Positions 1 to 8,351 of a stretch of 64,000 nucleotides of DNA are shown piece by piece (position 1 is the first letter of the stretch; every line of letters begins with the position of its first letter). The notes beneath the pieces are model-generated. The model worked only from the letters and a program-made list of their open reading frames with translations, had not been told where the DNA came from and did not search any database. The position numbers and the translations under genes were made by a program. Source of the DNA: an uncultured Clostridia bacterium (GTDB taxonomy: Bacteria; Bacillota; Clostridia; TANB77; CAG-508); contig CALXKK010000002.1 of the NCBI GenBank assembly GCA_944388935.1, forward strand, positions 12,421 through 76,420, read 5' to 3'.

Positions 1-1571
1 GCATTTTCCATTGCAAGTATTATGGAACCAGAATTATATCTAGAAGGTGGTGATGTTTCTGCATCCTTTGTTTCGAAATTTTGAACTCCTATACTTAAGT
101 TTTTCTTTAGTGTTGTTAAAATTGAAATATCATTATCTTCTGAATTTTTACTTTTATTTGGTTTTAAAATTTCTAAGAATCCTTGTTTTGTACATACTTT
201 ACCATTTGCAGAAAATGATTCCTTTTCTACATTTATTGTAACAGAAACTTTACTATACTCCGCTGCAGGATAAAATATTGCTAAAAATCTTTTTACAATT
301 AACTCATAAATATCTTTTTGAAGTTTTGGTAATTTATCATAATTTTCATATCCTTGACCCGTTGGAATTATTGCATAGTGATCTGTTATTTTGCTATCAT
401 TTACATATTTTGTTTTAATTAAATTTGTAGAATATTTTTCCTCTACCATCTTTTTTAAATATCCTTGGACTTCTTCGTTCTTAAATCCCCTACTAATTCC
501 ATTTAAGTTTTTAGTAATTTCTTTTGCAACAGCTGTTGAAAGCACTCTTGCATCAGTTCTTGGATATGTTACTAATTTATTCTCATATAGATTTTGTATA
601 ATTTCCAATGTTTCATCTGGTTTAATTTTAAATCTTTTTGTACATTCATTTTGAATCTCTGCCAAATTAAATAATAATGGTGGATTTTCTTTTTGCTTAC
701 TTTTCTTTACTTCTTTAACCACCGCTTCTTTATCCTTTAATGACAAAATAAAATTTTTTGCATCCTCTAATTTTTTAAATCCGTTATCATTATATAATTT
801 ATTTGAATTATACATTTTTGAGTCTTCTGTAACTTTCCATTCAGCTGTGAAATTAGATTTTTCATCTCCAAATCTTCCTACTATTTTATAATATTTTGTT
901 TTAACAAAATTTCTTATTTCTCTTTCTCTTGAAACTACCATTCCAAGCACACAAGTCATAACTCTACCAACAGAAATAGAAGCTTTATCCTCGTTTATTT
1001 CTTTAGCTAACCTTCTACCATAAATAATTGAAAGTAATCTTGAAAAATTTATTCCTATTAAATAATCTTCTTTTGCTCTTAAATATGCAGCATCTGATAA
1101 ACTATCATATTCTGATAAATCTTTAGCATTTTTTATTCCTTTTATTACCTCTTCCTCTGTTTGTGAATCTATCCAAACCCTTTTCTTCTCTTTACCTTTT
1201 GGCTGTATCATTTGGTCTACTAAACGATATATATATTCTCCTTCACGCCCAGAGTCTGTGCTTACATATATAGTTTTTACATCTTCTCTATTTAGCAATC
1301 CTTTAATGGTATTAAATTGCTTTTGTACATTTGGTATTACTTCATACTTCCATTCTTTTGGAATAAATGGCAATGTATCTAATCTCCAGTATTTTAGTTT
1401 TTCGTCATATTTTTCTGGATAACTCATTGTAACTAAATGTCCAACACACCAAGTAACTATCCACTCATTACTTTCCAGATAGCCATCTTTTCTTGTTGTA
1501 TTTATTTTTAATGCTTTTGCCATCTGCATTGCAACTGATGGCTTTTCTGTTATTAATATTTTTTTATCCAT
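1..1571 (-). CDS. topB: DNA topoisomerase III (TopB), N-terminal ~520 codons; C-terminus runs off the window start
   Basis: Minus-strand ORF starts at ATG 1571..1569 with AAGGAG 8 nt upstream. Translation MDKKILITEKPSVA...IVTWCVGHLVT...WRLDTLPFIP...DSGREGE matches Toprim/topo IA, and is closest to B. subtilis TopB motifs. It was not in the ORF track because it is open to the window edge. Confidence 0.85.
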   Translation of the reverse strand, partial: MDKKILITEKPSVAMQMAKALKINTTRKDGYLESNEWIVTWCVGHLVTMSYPEKYDEKLKYWRLDTLPFIPKEWKYEVIPNVQKQFNTIKGLLNREDVKTIYVSTDSGREGEYIYRLVDQMIQPKGKEKKRVWIDSQTEEEVIKGIKNAKDLSEYDSLSDAAYLRAKEDYLIGINFSRLLSIIYGRRLAKEINEDKASISVGRVMTCVLGMVVSREREIRNFVKTKYYKIVGRFGDEKSNFTAEWKVTEDSKMYNSNKLYNDNGFKKLEDAKNFILSLKDKEAVVKEVKKSKQKENPPLLFNLAEIQNECTKRFKIKPDETLEIIQNLYENKLVTYPRTDARVLSTAVAKEITKNLNGISRGFKNEEVQGYLKKMVEEKYSTNLIKTKYVNDSKITDHYAIIPTGQGYENYDKLPKLQKDIYELIVKRFLAIFYPAAEYSKVSVTINVEKESFSANGKVCTKQGFLEILKPNKSKNSEDNDISILTTLKKNLSIGVQNFETKDAETSPPSRYNSGSIILAMEN

Positions 1572-1631
1572 TAGAATCTCCTTACTGCTGTTTTATTATA
1601 TAGTATTTACGTATAAATTACAATGAAAAAT

Positions 1632-1670
1632 TATCAGCGGGGTGCTTTTTTTATTAGCACCCCGCTGATA
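1632..1670. terminator. GC-rich hairpin (tatcagcggggtgc / gcaccccgctgata) flanked by T/A runs; intrinsic terminator for the 1675..2343 gene
   Basis: 14-bp near-perfect stem seen directly. On the minus strand a T-run follows it, 5 bp after the stop at 1675. Confidence 0.7.
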
Positions 1671-1674
1671 GATT

Positions 1675-2343
1675 TTAAAGCAGACATTTATCATCCTTTC
1701 GAATAATATTATAACCTGACCGTCCATCTGTTGTGGTAATATGTTGTACTCCAGCATGTGTCACCACTTTCTCGATTCTAAACCCTTTTACAGGAAATAC
1801 CCCTCCTCCATTTATTCCTTTACTTTTTAATTCAAAGCGAATTCTTTTAGGAGGTCTTTTGCTCAGAAGTTCATATACTTTACCTGTAATTTTTTCTCTG
1901 AGCGATGGAACTAATGACAGACATAAGTCTCCTTTCCGAAGCCATTCTCCAGCAAAAATAATAAAATCATCACTCTCAATGGAAATTTCTTGTTTTTCCA
2001 CTGGCAACGTTTTCGTAGCTACATTTTGTTCTAACAAGTCGGGTCCAATGTCCATATCTTCTACTTGTATCACATACCCAACTTTACCTTGTGTGGTAAG
2101 GACTACTGTAAAATCTTCTTGATTAGTACATGAAAATACCTCAATAGTTAACATTCCACAGTAAAACCTCCTTTCCCTTTCGTTGGCTAACATCATAACA
2201 TAAATCTGATATCGCCTTTGTGGAAGGAAGCTTTGCCCTATAGAAAAAATAAGGAAATCCCCCTCTCTAAGATTGATTTTTTTTGCTACTTGGCTCCATC
2301 TTTCTGGATTGGTTAAATACCGCTCCTCTTTTTGTCGATTCAT
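1675..2343 (-). CDS. Hypothetical protein, 222 aa, compositionally atypical (clearly higher GC than flanks)
   Basis: Intact ORF with AAGGAGG 7 nt upstream of the ATG. A TTGAAT-18-TATAAT promoter lies at 2392-2421 (minus strand) and a GC-rich terminator downstream. No recognisable family from sequence alone. Confidence 0.6.
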   Translation of the reverse strand: MNRQKEERYLTNPERWSQVAKKINLREGDFLIFSIGQSFLPQRRYQIYVMMLANERERRFYCGMLTIEVFSCTNQEDFTVVLTTQGKVGYVIQVEDMDIGPDLLEQNVATKTLPVEKQEISIESDDFIIFAGEWLRKGDLCLSLVPSLREKITGKVYELLSKRPPKRIRFELKSKGINGGGVFPVKGFRIEKVVTHAGVQHITTTDGRSGYNIIRKDDKCLL

Positions 2344-2472
2344 ATTATTCCTCCTTATTATGAATCATAAAAACAACTTGTTATCTTTCCTATTATATCA
2401 TAATTTACATAACCAATTCAACTCTAATTAGCTTATATTATGCCTTTTTTTAGATTTTTCTTTTAAAAATCT

Positions 2473-2500
2473 TGACTTTTCAAGCTTATTGTATTAAAAT
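2473..2500 (+). promoter_or_regulatory. Sigma-A type promoter (TTGACT-16-TAAAAT) for rplM-rpsI, followed by a ~130-nt leader (possible L13 autoregulatory leader)
   Basis: Hexamers read directly from the sequence. The leader function is inferred by analogy to Firmicute rplM leaders. Confidence 0.5.
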
Positions 2501-2631
2501 TATTATGCTAAATTTATAATTTAGCTATTAAATTAGTCAATAAGTAATAATTATATAAGCCTCTCCCCGGTAGTTTATATATTTATAAGCTTATTATATA
2601 AATAAAAATTTGAATGGAGGGTAATTTTACC

Positions 2632-3066
2632 ATGAATAATACTACATATAGTGTAAAAGGAAATGAAATCGAAAGTAAATGGTATATTTTAGATGCAGCA
2701 AATAAACCAGTTGGTAGAGTTGCAACAGAGGCTGCAAAATTATTAAGAGGAAAACACAAACCAACTTATACACCAAACTTAGATGTTGGTGATCATGTAA
2801 TTATAATAAACTGTTCAGAAGCAACATTTACAGGAAAAAAATTAGATCAAAAATTCTATAGACATCATTCTGGATATCCAGGTGGATTAAAAGAAACTTC
2901 AGCAAGACGTATGATGGAAACAAAACCAGAAAAAGCAATGATGATTGCAGTAAAAGGAATGCTTCCACATAATTCTTTAGGAAGAAAAATGTTAAAGAAA
3001 TTAAGAGTATATGCTGGTAGCGAACATGAAAACATGGCTCAAAAACCAGAAATATGGAATTTCTAA
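2632..3066 (+). CDS. rplM: 50S ribosomal protein L13
   Basis: Translation [49 protein letters not shown]... is a canonical L13. GGAGGG lies 7 nt upstream of the ATG at 2632; the ORF-track start at 2614 sits inside the RBS. Confidence 0.95.
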   Translation: MNNTTYSVKGNEIESKWYILDAANKPVGRVATEAAKLLRGKHKPTYTPNLDVGDHVIIINCSEATFTGKKLDQKFYRHHSGYPGGLKETSARRMMETKPEKAMMIAVKGMLPHNSLGRKMLKKLRVYAGSEHENMAQKPEIWNF

Positions 3067-3115
3067 TATAGAATTACAGGGTATATCCCTTAAAAAATTA
3101 AGGAGGAATTTTTAA

Positions 3116-3520
3116 ATGGCAAAGGCAGGAGAAAAAATTGTGTTCTACGGAACAGGTAGAAGAAAAAATGCAATAGCTAGAGTTAGATTAGTTGAAGGAA
3201 AAGGAAATATCACAGTAAACGGAAAAAATTTAGATGAATATTTTGGATTAGAAACATTAAAATATATTGTAAAACAACCATTAACTGTAACAAATACATT
3301 AGATAAATTTGATGTTATTTGTAAAGTTCAAGGTGGAGGATTTACAGGTCAAGCAGGAGCTATAAGACATGGTATAGCTAGAGCTTTAAATGAAGCTAAC
3401 TCAGAATATAGACCAGTTCTAAAATCAAACGGATTCTTAACAAGAGATCCTCGTATGAAGGAAAGAAAGAAATATGGTCTTAAGAAAGCTAGAAAAGCTC
3501 CACAATTCAGTAAAAGATAG
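3116..3520 (+). CDS. rpsI: 30S ribosomal protein S9
   Basis: ...[19 protein letters not shown]...[12 protein letters not shown] is the canonical S9 C-terminus. AGGAGG RBS. Confidence 0.95.
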   Translation: MAKAGEKIVFYGTGRRKNAIARVRLVEGKGNITVNGKNLDEYFGLETLKYIVKQPLTVTNTLDKFDVICKVQGGGFTGQAGAIRHGIARALNEANSEYRPVLKSNGFLTRDPRMKERKKYGLKKARKAPQFSKR

Positions 3521-3533
3521 AATTTTATATGCA

Positions 3534-3570
3534 AAAACTTGGAAGTTTTTATACTTCCAAGTTTTTTTAT
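3534..3570. terminator. Bidirectional intrinsic terminator (aacttggaagt/acttccaagtt + T7) shared by rpsI (+) and the 3588..4235 gene (-)
   Basis: 11-bp perfect stem with U-runs on both strands. Confidence 0.8.
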
Positions 3571-3587
3571 TTTGATTTAATTATTTT

Positions 3588-4235
3588 TTAATAACGTTCT
3601 CTTTTTATTAGGAAATCTCTTTTATCTATCATATTCCAAACATTATCTTGTAATCTATTCATATTTTGAATACAGTCTATTTTTATTCCATTTAATTCTA
3701 CACTACTATAATCATCTGTATATGCATATGCATATCTTCTACGACTTATATTCCTATCATTTAAATCTAAGCAACTTAATCTTACATCCCTTATATCTTT
3801 CACAGGCTCATCTGAATCAATTAATATCCAATCTCTGCTATTATTACCACTCCTTTTTAAATATGAAACTACATAGAAATGTCCATCTCTTCCTGTATCT
3901 TTATTTATACAAATAATTTGCATTGTTGGTATTCCCTTAGCTCGTGCAATTGATGTAAATAAAGTACTACTATCACAACATCCTGTTCTTTCCCCAGACT
4001 CTAATATTTCCGTTGCGCCTCTCTTAAATTTTCTTTTATCTCTTACATTATTTATCCTTGCAGTATTTTGATTCATCCATAATAATATTTTTCTAACTGT
4101 AAGCCCATCTGTTGGTTCATTAATATTCATTGCAATTTTCATTATTTCTTCATTACAGTCTGTTCTTTCACCAAATTGTAAGTATTTTTGTATATTTTCA
4201 AATTCTGGTTTTTGTAATAGTCCATCTTCTTTCAT
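3588..4235 (-). CDS. Transglutaminase-like cysteine-protease superfamily protein (cytoplasmic)
   Basis: Cys/His/Asp triad context (TGCCDSSTLF ... DGHFYVVSY ... LIDSDEP) typical of the transglutaminase-like fold. AGAGGA RBS. 14 bp downstream of the AIM24-family gene, so likely co-transcribed. Confidence 0.65.
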   Translation of the reverse strand: MKEDGLLQKPEFENIQKYLQFGERTDCNEEIMKIAMNINEPTDGLTVRKILLWMNQNTARINNVRDKRKFKRGATEILESGERTGCCDSSTLFTSIARAKGIPTMQIICINKDTGRDGHFYVVSYLKRSGNNSRDWILIDSDEPVKDIRDVRLSCLDLNDRNISRRRYAYAYTDDYSSVELNGIKIDCIQNMNRLQDNVWNMIDKRDFLIKRERY

Positions 4236-4249
4236 TTCACATTTTCCTC

Positions 4250-5047
4250 TTATTTTCTAGGTAATGAAGCCGCTGATGCAGCTGTTAAATTTCTTACAGG
4301 TGCCATTAATACTTTACCTGTACCTCTATAAACATTAACAAATCCTTCACCTGCAATAGCTGAACCAATTAAACTCTTTGTTGACTTTTCAACAGTAAAT
4401 TGAAGGTCTTTTGACCAAGCAACTGCAAAATTTCCATCAATTCTTAATACATCATTTTGCAATTCTACCTCTACTAATTCTTCTCTTGGAACTGGTGATT
4501 CTAATGCCACAATACCATTTCCTGAAAGGCTTAAATTAAATAATCCTTCATTTCCTAAAACTGCTGATGATAAATTACTACGCATTACAACATTTTGTCG
4601 TATCTTAGATTCACAGGCTAGGAATAATCCATCATCTAATACGATTCCTCCATCCCAGGTGGATAAATCTTCTAATAAAATATGTTTATATGTAGGTTCC
4701 AAAACTAAAGTTCCCGTTCCTTTATATTTTGGTTTTACTGTGCTTTCTTTTGTAACACTTCCCTTTATTGCTTTTCCAAAAAAGTCCCCTACTCCTTTAA
4801 CATCTGCTACTGCTTCTACATCACCTACAGACCATTGCATTGCACCAGAACTTACTGTATATTCATTATTCTCCAAATTGATAAGAAGTTGTCTTTTCCT
4901 TACATTCATTCTTGAACAGTAATAAGCTGTTATCGCTGTTTCTGGCATTACACTTAAATCAGACATATATTCTATAACTTTCATTCCAGCTTTTGACTCT
5001 GCTACACGAATATCATCGTTATCTTGTAAATTATTAATTTTATACAT
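4250..5047 (-). CDS. AIM24 / DUF124 (TIGR00266) family protein
   Basis: Motifs ...SGAMQWSVGDVE... and ...GEGFVNVYRGTGKVLMAP... are characteristic of the AIM24/DUF124 family. RBS GGAAGTGG. Confidence 0.65.
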   Translation of the reverse strand: MYKINNLQDNDDIRVAESKAGMKVIEYMSDLSVMPETAITAYYCSRMNVRKRQLLINLENNEYTVSSGAMQWSVGDVEAVADVKGVGDFFGKAIKGSVTKESTVKPKYKGTGTLVLEPTYKHILLEDLSTWDGGIVLDDGLFLACESKIRQNVVMRSNLSSAVLGNEGLFNLSLSGNGIVALESPVPREELVEVELQNDVLRIDGNFAVAWSKDLQFTVEKSTKSLIGSAIAGEGFVNVYRGTGKVLMAPVRNLTAASAASLPRK

Positions 5048-5213
5048 AATAAAACCACTTCCTTTGTATATTTGATTCGATTATATTAATAATGTTTAAT
5101 AATGTCAATTTAATTTTTTTTAAATTTATCGAACCGTATTTGGGCAAAAAAATAAACATACAATAATGTATGCTGTCTGTAATTATAACTTTAATTTATT
5201 TTTTGCCGAAAAA

Positions 5214-5241
5214 GTGCGAGGGGCTAACTAGCCCCTCGCAC
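5214..5241. terminator. GC-rich hairpin terminator (gtgcgaggggct aact agcccctcgcac) of the GH13 islet
   Basis: 12-bp perfect stem, followed on the minus strand by TTTTCGGCAAAAAA. Its composition matches the islet, not the host. Confidence 0.75.
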
Positions 5242-5259
5242 CTCGGTCGGTGAAGAAAA

Positions 5260-7062
5260 TTACACAAGTGCTACAGCTCCGTGTGCCTGAAGCAAACACA
5301 AATCTGTATTGTACCTGTACGCAGCAAGAACTTTTCTTCCTGCTACATACTGGCTAACGTCCTGACTGGCTTCGCTTCTATTGGCAACAACTAACACATT
5401 GTCATTACCATTCGTTCTTTCAAACACCAGCAAATCAGTCGTTATACACCGGACCTTTGTATCAGCCCTCCTTAAGAATTGGTTCTTTTTCCTGATGTGT
5501 GTCAGGAATTTTACGTACTTAAGCATATCCTTATCTCTTCTACCCCATGGATATGGTCTTCTGTTTGCAAGGTTTCCTGCTCCTTGAAGTCCCACTTCAT
5601 CACCATAGAATATAGAGAGGATGCCCGGCCAGAATGTCAAGATGAACAAGTAAAGCTTTGCAACTTCCTTGGAATGCTTGTATTCCATCCTGGACAGTTT
5701 GTGGTCCCGCTGCCACTCATAGGATTCATCCACCAATGACCATGTCCACTCACCATCTCGCCTAAAGATTTGTGAGTTGCCAAAGAATTCAATCAACCTC
5801 GATATATCGTGGGTTGAAGAAAAGTTCATCAGCACTGGAATGGTCTCTTCCGGATAATCGCCAAGAATCTTGTCAGTTGCCACCTTAAACTGTTCAGCTT
5901 GACCATATTTGATATAGCCAATTAATGCCGAACAGAAAAAGTAATTCATGACAGTATCAAGCGCTTTACCGGATGACAGATAGGTCCTACCTGTTTCGAG
6001 AGGATTCTTCCAAACTTCACCCAAGATGAGTCCGTCAGGCTTATTACGTTTAACAGCCCTACGTATACCCTCCAAGAAGAAATCTGGAAGTTCATCTGCA
6101 ACATCAATCCGAAGACCATCAATGCCACATGAAAAGAGCTTATCGATGTTACCACCCTCTCCATAGACATATTCCTGCCATTCCTTCGAATTCTTATCGC
6201 AGACAACGAGGTTTTGCATACCCCACCAGTGATCAAAGCTAATTTCACCATTCTGGTCCCTAAAGGTCTTGAACCAAGTAAAATATGGTGAAACTTCACC
6301 CTGAGCGGCACCTACTGTATAATGGTATGTTCCGTATGCATTAAAATACTTACTATCATCGCCAACATGGTTATACACCACATCAACAATAATATGCATA
6401 CCATGCTTGTGAACAGTATCGCAGAGGCTTTTAAAGTCCTCTATGGTGCCAAAATATGGGTCTGGCTTGTCTAAATCTCCCCCGTCGTATTTGTGGTTTG
6501 ACGGACTTTCAGAAATTGGGGTTAAATAGATAATATCCACTCCCAACCTCTTCAAGTATGGAACACTGTTCTCGATTCCTTTGAAGTCTCCTCCATAGAA
6601 GTCGAAATTCCAGTTTCCATTTGTATCTGGACCAATAATTGGCTCCTCACTCCAATCCTTGTGAATAATCCGTTGGCCCATTGGAATCAGCTCGTCCTTA
6701 CTTCCTCTTCTAAACCGGTCTGTAAAAATTTGGCACATTACAGCACCTTTAGCCCAGTCCGGAGTAGTAAAGCCTACTGATAGTTTGTACTGTTCAGTTG
6801 TGTGTTCTTGATACTCAGCCATATATTTAAAGCAGTACTTGTATACTGCATAAACTGGCAGAGTTACTTCTCCTGTGAAATAAGCGTATTCGCTATCCTT
6901 TCTCTCGTATTCCAGTTCAACGTCCCTTTGCACGATTCCCCAAATGATGAATCGCACATGTTCAATGAACCCTAAGGCCATTGCAATCCGGACAACTACC
7001 TTGTACTTCCTTTCTTCATTGTCCCGTCCTACTTCCTTAAGTGCATGGTAAAATACTTCCAT
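5260..7062 (-). CDS. Glycoside hydrolase family 13 enzyme (neopullulanase / maltogenic amylase / cyclomaltodextrinase-like); markedly higher GC than surroundings
   Basis: GH13 conserved regions are present: VMCQIFTDRF, VDVVYNHVG, GLRIDVADELP, EVW, FSSTHD. Start is probably ATG 7062 (MEVFYHAL...) with GGAAGGAG 8 nt upstream; the ORF track gives an alternative at 7095. Confidence 0.85.
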   Translation of the reverse strand: MEVFYHALKEVGRDNEERKYKVVVRIAMALGFIEHVRFIIWGIVQRDVELEYERKDSEYAYFTGEVTLPVYAVYKYCFKYMAEYQEHTTEQYKLSVGFTTPDWAKGAVMCQIFTDRFRRGSKDELIPMGQRIIHKDWSEEPIIGPDTNGNWNFDFYGGDFKGIENSVPYLKRLGVDIIYLTPISESPSNHKYDGGDLDKPDPYFGTIEDFKSLCDTVHKHGMHIIVDVVYNHVGDDSKYFNAYGTYHYTVGAAQGEVSPYFTWFKTFRDQNGEISFDHWWGMQNLVVCDKNSKEWQEYVYGEGGNIDKLFSCGIDGLRIDVADELPDFFLEGIRRAVKRNKPDGLILGEVWKNPLETGRTYLSSGKALDTVMNYFFCSALIGYIKYGQAEQFKVATDKILGDYPEETIPVLMNFSSTHDISRLIEFFGNSQIFRRDGEWTWSLVDESYEWQRDHKLSRMEYKHSKEVAKLYLFILTFWPGILSIFYGDEVGLQGAGNLANRRPYPWGRRDKDMLKYVKFLTHIRKKNQFLRRADTKVRCITTDLLVFERTNGNDNVLVVANRSEASQDVSQYVAGRKVLAAYRYNTDLCLLQAHGAVALV

Positions 7063-7150
7063 ACTAAGACTCCTTCCTAATAAGAAAAAAATCACTAAAC
7101 CTTCATTGTCAATTTTACTTTATATCCTTTTTACCTATTTGTCAAATCCA

Positions 7151-7495
7151 CTAAAAAGCATTTTTTATATGATTTACTACATAATGCTCCTTTATTTGAT
7201 ATATTTCGATTACATCGAACCTAATTTCAGAAAATTTGATTTTTTCCTTATATAGATAATACTTAGTACACTCTTTTATTTTTTTCACTTTTATACCATT
7301 GACCGCATCAATTGGATAGCCATATTTATCGTTTCTTCTGGCTTTTACTTCTACAATAACAATAGTAGTATCGAAATAGGCAATAATATCTATTTCTCCC
7401 CTTCTATTTCTATAATTTCTCTTTAGAATTTTATATTTCATCTTTTCTAAATATTTAACAGCAACATCTTCACCAATCTTTCCAAGACGATTCAT
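7151..7495 (-). CDS. yraN: YraN/UPF0102 family endonuclease-like protein
   Basis: 114 aa. ...GEIDIIAYFDTTIVIVEVKAR... is the UPF0102 signature. A 4-nt overlap with dprA (ATGA) implies translational coupling. Confidence 0.8.
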   Translation of the reverse strand: MNRLGKIGEDVAVKYLEKMKYKILKRNYRNRRGEIDIIAYFDTTIVIVEVKARRNDKYGYPIDAVNGIKVKKIKECTKYYLYKEKIKFSEIRFDVIEIYQIKEHYVVNHIKNAF

Positions 7496-8259
7496 ACTTT
7501 TACAAACATATCTCCTGGCAATACTCTAATATACTCATTTAATTCCAACATCGTTAGCTGTTCACTAACATCTTGTATAGGTAGCTCTGTTCTATTGCAT
7601 ATAGTATTTATATCAATTGGCATATTTCCAATTATGCTATAAACAAGTTTATATTTTTCGGGAACCATTTTATTTTCATATTTCCAATCTTGTTCTATAT
7701 CGCTACACTTATTTATATTAATTTCTTTTAGTATATCTTGTATATTAGTTACCAGCTTTGCTCCTTTCTGAATTAATTTATTCGTTCCTATTCCTAATTT
7801 ACTATCTATATTACTTGGAATAGCAAAAACTTTTTTACCTTGCTTAAATGCACTATTGGCTGTAATTGTGCTTCCACTTCTATATTTAGCTTCTACAACC
7901 AAAACTCCTAATGCTAAAGCACTAATTATTTCATTTCTTTTTGGAAAATACTTAGTATTAACCTTCGTATCTGGAGGATATTCTGAAATAACACAACCAT
8001 CATTTTCTAATATTTTTTCATACAACCTTTTATTTTCTTTAGGATAAATATTGTTAAATCCAGAACCTAATACCGCAATGGTCTTTCCTTTATGGCTCAT
8101 TGCCGAGCTGTGTGCAATAGAGTCGATTCCTATTGCTAATCCACTTATTATACATATACCATTTTTTGATAATGCATTTGAAAATTTTTTTGCTTGCATC
8201 CAACCATATTCACTACAATTTCTTGAACCAACTATTGCTATCGCAGTTTTATTTAACAA
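7492..8259 (-). CDS. dprA: DNA processing protein DprA (Smf), short form without the N-terminal SAM-like domain
   Basis: ...AIVGSRNCSEYGWMQAKKFSNALSKNGICIISGLAIGIDSIAHSSAM... is the Rossmann-like DprA core with a C-terminal winged helix. The in-frame upstream extension (ILNSGDALYPKSLLEIKSHPKKLYVEGNIELLNK) has no ATG/GTG and reaches only to the comM stop, so there is no room for a SAM domain. Start (TTG at 8259 or near-cognate) is unresolved. Confidence 0.85.
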   Translation of the reverse strand: MLNKTAIAIVGSRNCSEYGWMQAKKFSNALSKNGICIISGLAIGIDSIAHSSAMSHKGKTIAVLGSGFNNIYPKENKRLYEKILENDGCVISEYPPDTKVNTKYFPKRNEIISALALGVLVVEAKYRSGSTITANSAFKQGKKVFAIPSNIDSKLGIGTNKLIQKGAKLVTNIQDILKEININKCSDIEQDWKYENKMVPEKYKLVYSIIGNMPIDINTICNRTELPIQDVSEQLTMLELNEYIRVLPGDMFVKV

Positions 8260-8351
8260 TTCAATATTTCCTTCTACATATAATTTTTTAGGATGTGACT
8301 TTATTTCTAATAAACTTTTTGGATACAGAGCATCTCCACTATTTAAAATTT

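Noticed and set aside
47-654. Plus-strand ORFs 47..241 and 391..654 from the ORF track
   Set aside because: They are antisense to the well-supported topB coding region on the minus strand. Their low-complexity hydrophobic translations are typical of AT-rich antisense frames.
1733-2122. Plus-strand 129-aa ORF inside the 222-aa islet gene
   Set aside because: Antisense frame kept open by the locally higher GC. No RBS and no start context.
5381-6311. Several ORFs (5381..5587, 5479..5739, 5946..6311) overlapping the GH13 gene
   Set aside because: Alternative or antisense frames within a GC-richer gene where stop codons are rarer. The GH13 frame carries all the conserved motifs.
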